Source: Meiothermus sp. (GTDB lineage Bacteria; Deinococcota; Deinococci; Deinococcales; Thermaceae). From it: DNA of 64,000 nucleotides. Below, piece after piece: positions 1 through 8,835 of this stretch. The stretch lies in assembly GCF_026004075.1 (NCBI RefSeq), contig NZ_BPIK01000001.1, forward strand, positions 658,041-722,040. The letters are read 5' to 3'. The translations under genes and the position numbers were made by a program. Every line of letters begins with the position of its first letter. Position 1 is the stretch's first letter. The notes under the pieces are model-generated. The model was not told the DNA's origin. It searched no databases and worked only from the letters and a program-made list of their open reading frames with translations.

Positions 1-1013
<1,013 letters not shown>

Positions 1014-1023
1014 GGAGGTTTTG

Positions 1024-2424
1024 ATGCTCAAGAAAGAATACAACGCCGTAACTTACGTCTCCGGCCCGCTTTTGTTCCTGGAGGGGGCCGCCGATCTGGC
1101 CTACGGCGCCATTGTGAACATTGACGACGGCACCGGCCGCATCCGCGGCGGTCAGGTGATTGAAGTCTCTGACCAGTACACGGTTTTACAGGTTTTCGAG
1201 GAGACCTCGGGGCTGAACCTCGAGCGCACCACCGTCTCGCTGGTAGAAGACGTGGCCCGCCTGGGCGTCTCCAAGGAGATGGTGGGCCGGGCCTTCAACG
1301 GGATTGGTAAGCCCATCGACGGCCTGCCCCCGGTGGTGGCCGACAAGCGCCTGCCCATCAACGGGGCCCCCATCAACCCGGTGGCCCGCGAGAAGCCGGA
1401 GGAGTTCATCCAGACTGGCATCAGCGCCATCGATGTCAACATGACCCTGGTGCGCGGCCAGAAGCTGCCCATCTTCTCGGGCTCGGGTCTGCCCCACAAC
1501 GAGCTGGCCGCCCAGATCGCCCGCCAGGCCAAGGTGTTAGGCGAGGGCGAAGGCTTTGCGGTGGTGTTCGCGGCGATGGGGATTACCCAGCGCGAGGTGA
1601 GCTACTTCATGCAGGAGTTCGAGCGCACCGGGGCTCTCTCCCGCTCGGTGCTGTTCCTGAACAAGGCCGACGACCCCACCGTGGAGCGTCTGCTGACGCC
1701 CCGCATGGCCCTGACCGCTGCCGAGTACCTGGCCTTTGAGCACGACTACCACGTGCTGGTCATCCTCACCGACCTGACCAACTACTGCGAGGCCCTGCGT
1801 GAGATCGGTGGGGCCCGCGAGGAGATTCCGGGCCGCCGCGGCTACCCCGGCTACATGTACACCGACCTGGCCTCGCTCTACGAGCGCGCCGGCGTGGTGC
1901 ACGGCAAGAAGGGCTCGGTTACCCAGATTCCCATCCTTTCGATGCCCGGTGACGACATCACCCACCCCATCCCCGACCTCACCGGCTACATCACCGAGGG
2001 CCAGATCTTCATCGCCCGCGACCTGGCCCAGCAGGGCATCTTCCCGCCCATCAACGTGCAGCCCTCGCTCTCGCGTCTGATGAACAACGGGATTGGCAAG
2101 GGCAAGACCCGCGCCGACCACAAGGAATTGGCCGACCAGCTCTTCAGCTCCTACGCCCGTGGGGTGAACCTGCGCCGTCTGGTGGCTATCACCGGTGAGG
2201 ACGCCCTGACCGAGATGGACAAGAAGTACCTGCGCTTTGCTGACAACTTTGAGAAGAAGTTCATCAACCAGGGCCAGAAGGAGCGTTCCATTGAAGAGAG
2301 CCTCAACATTGGCTGGGCCCTGCTTGCGGACTTCCCGCCCTCCGAGCTCAAGCGCATCCGCCGCGAATACATCGAGCAGTACCACCAGAAGACCGGCAAG
2401 CTGGAAGAGCTGGTGGGGGCGTAA
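1024..2424 (+). CDS. atpB: V-type ATP synthase subunit B
   Basis: The ATG at 1024 follows TAAGGAGG by 6 nt. The track start at 997 is an in-frame upstream extension overlapping atpA. Translation begins [21 protein letters not shown] and contains [17 protein letters not shown] and [15 protein letters not shown]. Confidence 0.95.
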   Translation: MLKKEYNAVTYVSGPLLFLEGAADLAYGAIVNIDDGTGRIRGGQVIEVSDQYTVLQVFEETSGLNLERTTVSLVEDVARLGVSKEMVGRAFNGIGKPIDGLPPVVADKRLPINGAPINPVAREKPEEFIQTGISAIDVNMTLVRGQKLPIFSGSGLPHNELAAQIARQAKVLGEGEGFAVVFAAMGITQREVSYFMQEFERTGALSRSVLFLNKADDPTVERLLTPRMALTAAEYLAFEHDYHVLVILTDLTNYCEALREIGGAREEIPGRRGYPGYMYTDLASLYERAGVVHGKKGSVTQIPILSMPGDDITHPIPDLTGYITEGQIFIARDLAQQGIFPPINVQPSLSRLMNNGIGKGKTRADHKELADQLFSSYARGVNLRRLVAITGEDALTEMDKKYLRFADNFEKKFINQGQKERSIEESLNIGWALLADFPPSELKRIRREYIEQYHQKTGKLEELVGA

Positions 2425-2430
2425 AGCATG

Positions 2431-2520
2431 AAAGGTGAGGAAAGAGAAGAGTGGAAAGGGAGAGGAGAACCATATGTTTTTGACCTCACTTTTCTCGTTC
2501 TGCTTTCCTCTTTCCACGCC
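2431..2520. repeat. GA-rich/CT-rich imperfect palindromic intergenic element, copy 1 (between atpB and atpD)
   Basis: A purine-rich arm (GGTGAGGAAAGAGAAGAGTGGAAAGGGAGAGGAGAA) and a complementary pyrimidine-rich arm (CCTCACTTTTCTCGTTCTGCTTTCCTCTTTCCAC) flank a CCATATGTTTTTGACC core. A related copy lies at 6628-6697. Confidence 0.55.
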
Positions 2521-2535
2521 TTTTAGGGGTTAACT

Positions 2536-3201
2536 ATGGCTGAACAAGTCTCACCGACACGCTCAACCCTGCTGGCCAAGCGTGAACAGAAGCGGCTGGC
2601 TTTGCAGGGGGTTGAACTGCTAAAAAACAAGCGGGATGCCCTGATTGGTGAGTTTTTTGCCCTGGTGCAGGACTCGCTCAAAGCCCGCGAGGCCCTCAAC
2701 AACGCGGCCAAGGACGCCTATTTCAGCCTGCTGATCGCCAAGGCCTTCGACACCCCCGAGGCGGTGGAGTCGCTCTCGAGCACCCCTTTGCAGGTGCACA
2801 TGGAGATTGAAAGCCTCTATGGGGTTAAGGTTCCCAAGATTTCGGCTCCCGATGCCGCGGGTGGGCTGTCCTTCAGCCCCATCGGGGTGGGTGCCAAGAC
2901 CCTCGAGGCCGCCACGGCCTTCCGCCGCCTGACCGAGGCCATTATCGCGGTGGCCAACACCGAGAACCGCCTGCGCAAAATCGGTGAGGAGATCAAGAAA
3001 ACCAACCGCCGGGTGAACGCCCTGGAGCAGATCTCCATTCCCGAGATCAACGAGCAGATCAAGTTCATCACCGACACCCTCGACCAGCGCGCCCTGGAAG
3101 AAGTGACCACACTCAAGCGCATCAAGGCCGCCATTCTGGCCCGCGATGCCGAGGAGCAGGGCATCGTCTCAGCGCATATCGAGAAGGGGGCTGGGCTGTA
3201 A
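2536..3201 (+). CDS. atpD: V-type ATP synthase subunit D (central stalk)
   Basis: ATG at 2536. Translation MAEQVSPTRSTLLAKREQKRLALQGVELLKNKRDALI... is helical and charged. It is the third gene in the conserved A-B-D order. Confidence 0.9.
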   Translation: MAEQVSPTRSTLLAKREQKRLALQGVELLKNKRDALIGEFFALVQDSLKAREALNNAAKDAYFSLLIAKAFDTPEAVESLSSTPLQVHMEIESLYGVKVPKISAPDAAGGLSFSPIGVGAKTLEAATAFRRLTEAIIAVANTENRLRKIGEEIKKTNRRVNALEQISIPEINEQIKFITDTLDQRALEEVTTLKRIKAAILARDAEEQGIVSAHIEKGAGL

Positions 3202-3204
3202 AAC

Positions 3205-3340
3205 CGTTTCCGCTTGAATCCTTCACCGCCATGCGTAGTCAAAGGTGAAGGATGCAAGCCGGCCGAAGGCAGTAGAAAAGCATTTCGGCAGCATCGTTTA
3301 GACTTTCAAAAGTGAACGATACTGCCGGAATGCCTATAAG
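3205..3340. repeat. 136-bp double-hairpin intergenic repeat, copy A
   Basis: Near-identical to 13138-13273. Hairpin 1 is GCTTGAATCCTTCACC...GGTGAAGGATGCAAGC. Hairpin 2 is GCATTTCGGCAGCATCGTTTA...TGAACGATACTGCCGGAATGC. Confidence 0.85.
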
Positions 3341-3359
3341 AAACCACACCCCATACAGG

Positions 3360-3382
3360 CCCCGCCGGAAGGCGGGGTTTTT
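3360..3382 (+). terminator. Rho-independent terminator of the V-ATPase operon
   Basis: CCCCGCC-GGAA-GGCGGGG stem-loop followed by TTTTT. Confidence 0.7.
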
Positions 3383-3465
3383 GCATACCCTCGACCATAA
3401 AAACAAGCGAGCTCGCGAACAGAACAGCAGGGGCAAAAGGGATAAGCACGATAGAATGAAGCGCA

Positions 3466-3816
3466 ATGCTGGATTTTGTTGTTGGGCTAGGATTGTTCTT
3501 GCTGGCATTGGCACTGGTGCGCCGGTTCGGTTGGGCCTGGGGGGTGGTGGGGGTCTGGCTCAACCTGCTGTGGTTTATCTACCAAAACGAGCTGGGGCAG
3601 GGCTGGCTCTTTTACCTGCGGGGGGTGGGGCTGGCCTTTTTGCTGGCGGTGGGCTACCGGCAGTACGGGCTGGCCTGGGCCCTGCTGCCCTGGCCGCTGC
3701 TTTTTGTGGGGCGCTTCGAGCTGCCAATGCTCTGGCCCTACCTCCCGGCCTGGGGCGAGGGCCTGATGCTGGGGGCGGTGGTTTATTTGCTGGTGGGGCT
3801 GTTCAGAAGGCCCTGA
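3466..3816 (+). CDS. Small hypothetical integral membrane protein (116 aa)
   Basis: The translation is a run of hydrophobic helices (MLDFVVGLGLFLLALALV..., GVGLAFLLAVGY..., GAVVYLLVGLF). TAGAAT lies 8 nt upstream of the ATG, so the mRNA may be leaderless. No family recognised. Confidence 0.45.
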   Translation: MLDFVVGLGLFLLALALVRRFGWAWGVVGVWLNLLWFIYQNELGQGWLFYLRGVGLAFLLAVGYRQYGLAWALLPWPLLFVGRFELPMLWPYLPAWGEGLMLGAVVYLLVGLFRRP

Positions 3817-4550
3817 TACAGCTCGGGTCGGCGCTGGGGAAAGACCGGAAACTCCTGGCGCAGCCGGGCCGGGAAGGCTGGGTCTAGCTCGACCAGCCCA
3901 AGGCCCTCGGATTCGACCCGCAGCAGCTCCTGTCCCAGGGGGTCTACGGCCAGGCTGGGCGCGCCGAAGGGGTCTTCGGCGTGGTTGACGGCCACCAGGT
4001 AGGCCTGGTTTTCGGCGGCGCGGGACTTGCAGAAAAGCTCCCAGGCGTAGCCGCGGCTCTTGGGCCAGGCCGAGGGGATCAGGAACAGGTTGACGCCCTG
4101 CAACGCATAGGCCCGGAAAAGCTCGGGGAAGCGCAGGTCGAAGCAGATGGCGATGCCCACCTTAAAGCCCTCCAGCTCGAGCGTAACCAAGTTCTGCCCC
4201 GGAATCATGGTCTCGGGCTCGCCAAAAGCCGGAATTAGGTGGGTTTTGGTGTAGGTTGCCAGCACCCCGGTCGGCCCCACCACCCTGGCCCGGTTGGCGT
4301 GGCGCTCGCCGGCCTGCTCGAGCACCCCTGCTACCAGGGTCAGGCCGGTCTGGGCGCAGAACCGCTCGAGCCGGGCCAGCACGCTGGGGGTAAAGGCAGC
4401 ATCGGCGAAGCGGTAGCCGCTGGGGAAGAGCTCGGGCAGTACGGCTACCTTTGCCCCTTGCTGGTGGGCTTGCGAAAGGAGCTCGAGGGCCTTTTGCAGC
4501 GTGGCCTCGGGGGTCTCGCGGGTGGCTAGGTGAACCAGGGCAACCTTCAT
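3783..4550 (-). CDS. Carbon-nitrogen hydrolase (nitrilase superfamily)
   Basis: Glu-Lys-Cys triad context is visible (VAVLPELFPSGY, YTKTHLIP, GIAICFDLRFPE). Length is 255 aa. Confidence 0.88.
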   Translation of the reverse strand: MKVALVHLATRETPEATLQKALELLSQAHQQGAKVAVLPELFPSGYRFADAAFTPSVLARLERFCAQTGLTLVAGVLEQAGERHANRARVVGPTGVLATYTKTHLIPAFGEPETMIPGQNLVTLELEGFKVGIAICFDLRFPELFRAYALQGVNLFLIPSAWPKSRGYAWELFCKSRAAENQAYLVAVNHAEDPFGAPSLAVDPLGQELLRVESEGLGLVELDPAFPARLRQEFPVFPQRRPELYQGLLNSPTSK

Positions 4551-4885
4551 GCTTTCTCCTGTAAACGGTAAGCCAGATAAGGCAGGCCCAGCCCCAGGGC
4601 CCCGCCCAAAAGCGCAGCGCCCACCTGGCCGCCCACCCCCAGGGCCAGCCCGGCCAGTTGTACCAGGATCAGGGCCGCCAGCACGTAGACGTACAGGGGG
4701 ATCACAAAGGGTTTGCCGCTGCCGTACTGCACCAGTCCAGCCCCCACCAGGGTGGTTACGGAAAGGGTGGCGCCAAAGGGGCTGGGTTGAAGGAAAAAAA
4801 ACCAGATAAAACCGGCGATCCCGGCGTAGATAAGGGTGCGGGCCAGCCGGTCGGGGGCCAGCAGGCGTGGCAGAAATCCGCGCAA
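4547..4885 (-). CDS. Hypothetical membrane protein (112 aa)
   Basis: Hydrophobic, Gly/Ala/Leu-rich helices. Its stop overlaps the start of the downstream hydrolase gene (ATGA at 4547-4550). Confidence 0.55.
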   Translation of the reverse strand: MRGFLPRLLAPDRLARTLIYAGIAGFIWFFFLQPSPFGATLSVTTLVGAGLVQYGSGKPFVIPLYVYVLAALILVQLAGLALGVGGQVGAALLGGALGLGLPYLAYRLQEKA

Positions 4886-4900
4886 CCCACCCTCCAGCCG

Positions 4901-5212
4901 TCAGGACTTAATAAAGCGCCAGACAATCAAGCTGGACAGGATAAGCCCCAGGCCACCCCAGGCCACCTGCGGCTCCTGCCCGGCAAACCCCAGGAGGGCT
5001 GCCAGCACCCCGGCGCTCAGAAAACCCAGGGCATATTTGGGGTTCACCGTCAGGCCCAGCAGCAGGGCCACCAGAAAGCCCGAGAGCGCCGGCGGCATGC
5101 TGGCCCCAACCGCGACGACCACAATCAACAAGCCCAGGGTGATGATCAGGCCTACAAAGTAAGCGCCTGGGAAGGGTTCCTTGCTGGTTTTATCGGTTGC
5201 TTTGTTCGCCAT
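4901..5212 (-). CDS. Hypothetical membrane protein (about 103 aa)
   Basis: I place the start at the ATG at 5212 (MANKATDKTSKEPF...), preceded by AAGGATAGG. The rest is hydrophobic helices. First gene of a 3-gene minus-strand unit. Confidence 0.5.
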   Translation of the reverse strand: MANKATDKTSKEPFPGAYFVGLIITLGLLIVVVAVGASMPPALSGFLVALLLGLTVNPKYALGFLSAGVLAALLGFAGQEPQVAWGGLGLILSSLIVWRFIKS

Positions 5213-5402
5213 ATCTGCACCTATCCTTGGGGTTGCTGCGGTTTTGCCGCGCAAACCATCTTTTGCTTGGGGTAAAGCCACCCCGGAGTAACCTAGCTTA
5301 CCGCTTTTAGAAGTGTTTTGTCGGAGGCTTTCTCAGAAACCGACTGGGAAGCTTTTTACTATTGGCTACCGGCATGGGGCATGTTAGCATTCTTTGCTAG
5401 TT

Positions 5403-6629
5403 ATGGCCCTCATCGTACAGAAATATGGCGGAACCAGTGTGGGCGACCTCGAGCGCATTCAAAAGGTAGCCCAGCGCATCCACCACTACCTCGAGAAGGG
5501 GCATCGGATTGCCGTGGTGGTCTCGGCCATGGGCCGCATGACCGACGAACTGATTGCCCTGGCTAAGCGGGTCAACAAACGCCCACCCCAGCGCGAGCTC
5601 GACATGCTCACCACCATCGGCGAGCAGCAGTCGGTGGCCCTGCTTTCGATGCAGCTCCACGCCATGGGCATCCCCGCGCGGGGTTTTACCCAGCACCAGA
5701 TTGGCATCACCACCGACGGGCGCTACGGCGATGCCCGAATCTTGCGGGTGGAGCCCACCCTCATCCAGCAAGCCCTGGATAGGGGAGAGGTGGCGGTGGT
5801 GGCGGGTTTCATGGGCACCACCCCCGAGGGCGAGCTGACCACCTTGGGGCGGGGCGGTTCCGATACCACCGCCGTAGCCCTGGCCGCGGCCCTGGGGGCG
5901 CAGGAGTGCGAGATTTTTACCGATACCGAAGGGGTCTATACCACTGATCCCCATGCCATTCCCGAGGCCCAGAAACTGAGCCGCATCGGCTACGATCAGA
6001 TGCTGGAGATGGCTGCCCTGGGGGCGCGGGTGCTGCACCCCCGATCGGTCTACTACGGTAAGCGCTACGGGGTCAAAATCCACGTGCGCAGCAGCTTTTC
6101 CTACAACCCTGGCACCATTGTTACGGAGGATGGAATGGAACTTGATCGCCCAGTGACGGGGGTAGCCCTCGACGATGAAATCGCCCAGATTGGCCTGATA
6201 GGTATCCCTGACCGGCCCGGCATTGCGGCCCGGGTTTTTGAGGCTCTGGCCCGCAAGGGGGTGGCGGTGGACATGATTATCCAGGGCGTGCCTGGCCACG
6301 AGGCCAGCCGTACCCAGATGGCCTTCACGGTCAACCAGGACTTTGCCGAGGAGGCCATGGAGGCCCTCGAGCCCGTTCTGGCCGAGATTGGCGGTGAGGC
6401 CCAGCTACGCCGGGATATCTGCAAGATTTCCATCGTAGGCGTGGCCCTGGCCTCGACCCCCGGCATTCCGGCCCGGATGTTCCAGGCCCTCTCGAGTGTC
6501 GGGGCCAACATCGACATGATCGCCACCAGCGAGGTGCGTATCTCCGCCATCATCCCCTTGCAGTCCGCCGAGGCCGCCCTGCGCGCTGTGCACAGTGCCT
6601 TCGAACTGGATAAGCCAGTAGAAAAGTAA
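5403..6629 (+). CDS. lysC: Aspartate kinase (alpha subunit)
   Basis: N-terminus MALIVQKYGGTSVGDLERI, motif VVVSAMGRMTD, and C-terminal tandem ACT-like regions. Confidence 0.95.
   Translation: MALIVQKYGGTSVGDLERIQKVAQRIHHYLEKGHRIAVVVSAMGRMTDELIALAKRVNKRPPQRELDMLTTIGEQQSVALLSMQLHAMGIPARGFTQHQIGITTDGRYGDARILRVEPTLIQQALDRGEVAVVAGFMGTTPEGELTTLGRGGSDTTAVALAAALGAQECEIFTDTEGVYTTDPHAIPEAQKLSRIGYDQMLEMAALGARVLHPRSVYYGKRYGVKIHVRSSFSYNPGTIVTEDGMELDRPVTGVALDDEIAQIGLIGIPDRPGIAARVFEALARKGVAVDMIIQGVPGHEASRTQMAFTVNQDFAEEAMEALEPVLAEIGGEAQLRRDICKISIVGVALASTPGIPARMFQALSSVGANIDMIATSEVRISAIIPLQSAEAALRAVHSAFELDKPVEK
6135..6629 (+). CDS. lysC: Aspartate kinase beta subunit from an in-frame internal start
   Basis: GGAGGA lies 4 nt upstream of the in-frame ATG at 6135 (MELDRPVTGVALDD...), at the start of the ACT region. 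Confidence 0.55.
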   Translation: MELDRPVTGVALDDEIAQIGLIGIPDRPGIAARVFEALARKGVAVDMIIQGVPGHEASRTQMAFTVNQDFAEEAMEALEPVLAEIGGEAQLRRDICKISIVGVALASTPGIPARMFQALSSVGANIDMIATSEVRISAIIPLQSAEAALRAVHSAFELDKPVEK

Positions 6630-6697
6630 AGGCGAGGAAAGGGGAAAGAGAAACCCAGAGTTTTGACTTTGCTTCCCCCTTTTATCTTTCCTCGCCT
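6628..6697. repeat. GA-rich/CT-rich imperfect palindromic intergenic element, copy 2 (after lysC)
   Basis: GGCGAGGAAAG (6631-6641) pairs with CTTTCCTCGCC (6686-6696). The core CCCAGAGTTTTGACT resembles the core of copy 1. Confidence 0.6.
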
Positions 6698-6708
6698 CTG
6701 AGGTTCCT

Positions 6709-7224
6709 ATGAGCGAAGCCCAAGGCTATTCCGGTCAACAATACCTGAGCTGGCAGGACATCACCAACCTGGTCTCCAGGCTGCTGGGCCAGATCAACCC
6801 CAACGATTTTGACTGCATCCTGGCAGTTACACGGGGCGGCATGATTCCGGCCTGTCTGGTCTCGGAAGCCACCGACCAGCGTAACATCCTGACCGCCGCG
6901 GTGATGTTTTACACCGACGTGGGCGAGACCATCAAAGACCCAGTGTTTTTACAGTTTCCCTCGGATAGCCTGCTCTATGGCAAACGGGTTCTAATTGTGG
7001 ACGATGTGTGGGACTCGGGCAAAACTGCCGTAGCAGTACGGGAGCGCATCAAGATGGCAGGAGGGCATCCCCAGGTAGCGGTTCTGCACTACAAGCCCCT
7101 AAAAAGCCAGTTCCCCGGCGATGCTCCCGACTACTACGCAGCTGAGACCGACGCCTGGATTGTATACCCCTGGGATCCGGTGCAGGGCTGGACGACACTG
7201 GGCCAGGGCGCGGGGCAGGCCTGA
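6709..7224 (+). CDS. Phosphoribosyltransferase (Gpt/xanthine-guanine PRT-like)
   Basis: PRPP-binding loop VLIVDDVWDSGKTA, motif AVTRGGMIPA, and a WIVYPWD C-terminal motif as in Gpt-type enzymes. Confidence 0.8.
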   Translation: MSEAQGYSGQQYLSWQDITNLVSRLLGQINPNDFDCILAVTRGGMIPACLVSEATDQRNILTAAVMFYTDVGETIKDPVFLQFPSDSLLYGKRVLIVDDVWDSGKTAVAVRERIKMAGGHPQVAVLHYKPLKSQFPGDAPDYYAAETDAWIVYPWDPVQGWTTLGQGAGQA

Positions 7225-7326
7225 TACCAGGCTGCCGTCCGCATTGGCCAGCACCATCCGCTACCCGGACGACTTTGCTGGAGTGGGCAGTCCGATTGGG
7301 CGAAGGGCTTCAATAGCAGCGATCTA

Positions 7327-7699
7327 TCAGGGTACGAGGGCCACTTTGGCTACCATGTTGCGGAACTGCAAGGTTCCGGCTGTGGCGAGGCCATTTTCGA
7401 GTTTTACCCCTATCCAAAGGTTGCCGCTGTTGATGCCGCTGGTTAGCCGATTGCCGGAGAGCCGGAGAGCCTGTGTAGGACTTGACTGGAAGCTGGCCGT
7501 ACCGATTTGCTCAAAGCTCGAGCCGGGGTCACACAGATAAACGCCGTTGCTTTGGGTGCTGCACGGCTCTGTATCGGTGGCGTAAAAACTAAAGGAAACC
7601 CCGGTTTTATAAGTAAGGTTGCCCTCGAGCTCAATCCTGGACAGGTTTACTGGAGGTCGCTCGAAGCCCTGTTTCACAAAAGTGATTTTGTTGGTCTGA
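7327..7699 (-). pseudogene. C-terminal part of a small lipoprotein gene split by the IS630-family element
   Basis: Translation QTNKITFVKQGFERPPVNLSRIELEGNLTYKTGVSFSFYATDTEPC...VALVP, beta-rich. It joins in frame to 8836-8942 if the IS and one TGA copy are removed. Confidence 0.6.
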
Positions 7700-7737
7700 T
7701 AAGAAATCTTCAAGACTCTTTCCACTAAAATGGAGCC

Positions 7738-8250
7738 ATGCAACTGGCCCAACATCAGCGCCGCCCCCGGTTGGAACTCCAACTGCGACACCATCCGGAT
7801 AACCTCCACGCCCTCTACCGGGAGTCCCAAGACCACACCGAACGCGCCCGCTGGCACGCTCTCTGGCTGCTGGCCAGGGGTCAGAGCATCCCCGAGGTAG
7901 CCAGGAATCTGGGCTATACCGATCGCTGGGTGCGTCAGGTAATCCACCGCTACAATCAGGGCCTGCCCATGAAGAATCTGCGGCACGAGAACAAAGGCCG
8001 GGCCCCCCTCGTACCGCCCGAACTCCAGGAGGGCTTCCGCCAGGCCCTCCTCCAGCCCCATCCCAGGGACGGGCTTTGGAGCATACGCAACGCTGCGGAG
8101 TGGCTGGCTGAAAGGCTGGGACGTCCGGTGGATGGGCGGCGGGCCTGGTACTGGATGCGTCGCCTGGGCCTGGCCCCGCTGCGCCCCCGGCCGCGCCACC
8201 GGGAGGCGGATGCGAAGCGGCAGGAGGCTTTCAAAAAAAGCTCTTTCTGA
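7738..8250 (+). CDS. IS630-family transposase OrfA (HTH domain)
   Basis: Contains RARWHALWLLARGQSIPEVARNLGYTDRWVRQVIHRYN and winged-helix-like WSIRNAAEWLAERLG. It ends just after an A7 run. Confidence 0.85.
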   Translation: MQLAQHQRRPRLELQLRHHPDNLHALYRESQDHTERARWHALWLLARGQSIPEVARNLGYTDRWVRQVIHRYNQGLPMKNLRHENKGRAPLVPPELQEGFRQALLQPHPRDGLWSIRNAAEWLAERLGRPVDGRRAWYWMRRLGLAPLRPRPRHREADAKRQEAFKKSSF

Positions 8251-8810
8251 TGGTTTTCCTGTTCAGGTTGCTCTTTCCTGAACTGGAGTTGGAGGTGTGG
8301 GGCTTTGATGAGCGCCGAATAGGGCTGAAGCCCATCCGCCGACGGGTATGGGCCTTGCGAGGGAGGACGCCGCTAGCGCAGGAGCGGCCCCGCTATCGCT
8401 GGCTGTATGTGTACGCCTTCATAAGACCGGGTACGGGGGAAAGCGAGTACTGGCTGCTGCCCTCGGTCTCGGTGGAGGGGTTCCAGTTGGTGTTGGAGGC
8501 CTTTGCCCGGCTACGGGGGGCGGGGGCGGGCAAGCTGGTACTGGTGGTGCTGGATCAGGCTGGCTGGCACACCTCGGGGCGGGTGGAGCCAGCCAAGGGC
8601 CTGGGGCTGTGTTATCTGCCACCCTACTCGCCCGAGTTGCAGCCGGTAGAACGAGTCTGGGGGCTCATTGACGCGGTCGTGGCCAATGGGCAGGTGCAGG
8701 ATGAAGAGGAGCTGTGGGCCAAGGTGGAAGCCCGGTGCGCTTACCTACAAACCCAGCCCGCGCTTATCCAGAGCTACACCCTATTTCACTGGTGGCCGGG
8801 GGGATGTTAG
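8250..8810 (+). CDS. IS630-family transposase OrfB (DDE catalytic domain), -1 frame relative to OrfA
   Basis: Contains WGFDERRIGL, VLDQAGWHTS and LPPYSPELQPVERVW, typical of the DDE region of IS630/Tc1-like transposases. The frame is open back to the A7 slippery run. Confidence 0.85.
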   Translation: MVFLFRLLFPELELEVWGFDERRIGLKPIRRRVWALRGRTPLAQERPRYRWLYVYAFIRPGTGESEYWLLPSVSVEGFQLVLEAFARLRGAGAGKLVLVVLDQAGWHTSGRVEPAKGLGLCYLPPYSPELQPVERVWGLIDAVVANGQVQDEEELWAKVEARCAYLQTQPALIQSYTLFHWWPGGC

Positions 8811-8835
8811 GGGAATGAATCAAAAGGATTTCATA

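Larger units (their letters stand above)
7700..8835 (+). mobile_element. IS630-family insertion sequence (1136 bp)
   Basis: Imperfect terminal inverted repeats are TAAGAAATCTTCAAGAC... (left) and ...ATCAAAAGGATTTCATA (right). The element is flanked by a TGA direct repeat (7697-7699 and 8836-8838). It carries a two-ORF transposase. Confidence 0.85.

Noticed and set aside
1537-2517. Long antisense or alternative-frame ORFs in the track. Examples are 1537-2517(-), 5397-6299(-), 10314-11384(+), 15912-16955(-), 17923-18945(-), 22548-23453(-), 25186-26514(-) and 43875-44780(-).
   Set aside because: Each lies entirely within a gene with clear family signatures on the other strand or frame. Their translations are Gly/Arg/Pro/Ala/His-rich low-complexity strings, typical of shadow ORFs in high-GC DNA.
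3312-3887. ORFs 3312-3887(+), 3239-3514(-) and 3306-3563(-) across the atpD downstream region.
   Set aside because: They run through the repeat and the terminator and have Arg/Gly-rich translations. The hydrophobic 3466-3816 frame is the only protein-like reading.
5282-5402. Lysine riboswitch upstream of lysC.
   Set aside because: I looked for the conserved L-box core and helices and could not recognise them. The leader is only about 120 nt.
7327-8199. 290-aa minus-strand ORF treated as one gene.
   Set aside because: Everything above 7699 is antisense to the IS630 transposase and not protein-like. Only 7327-7699 looks genuine, and it continues on the far side of the IS.
7700-8835. Canonical TA target duplication for the IS630-family element (ends at 7702 and 8833).
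   Set aside because: The sequence allows it, but it leaves the two lipoprotein halves out of frame. The TGA-flanked geometry restores the ORF, so I report that and flag the conflict.
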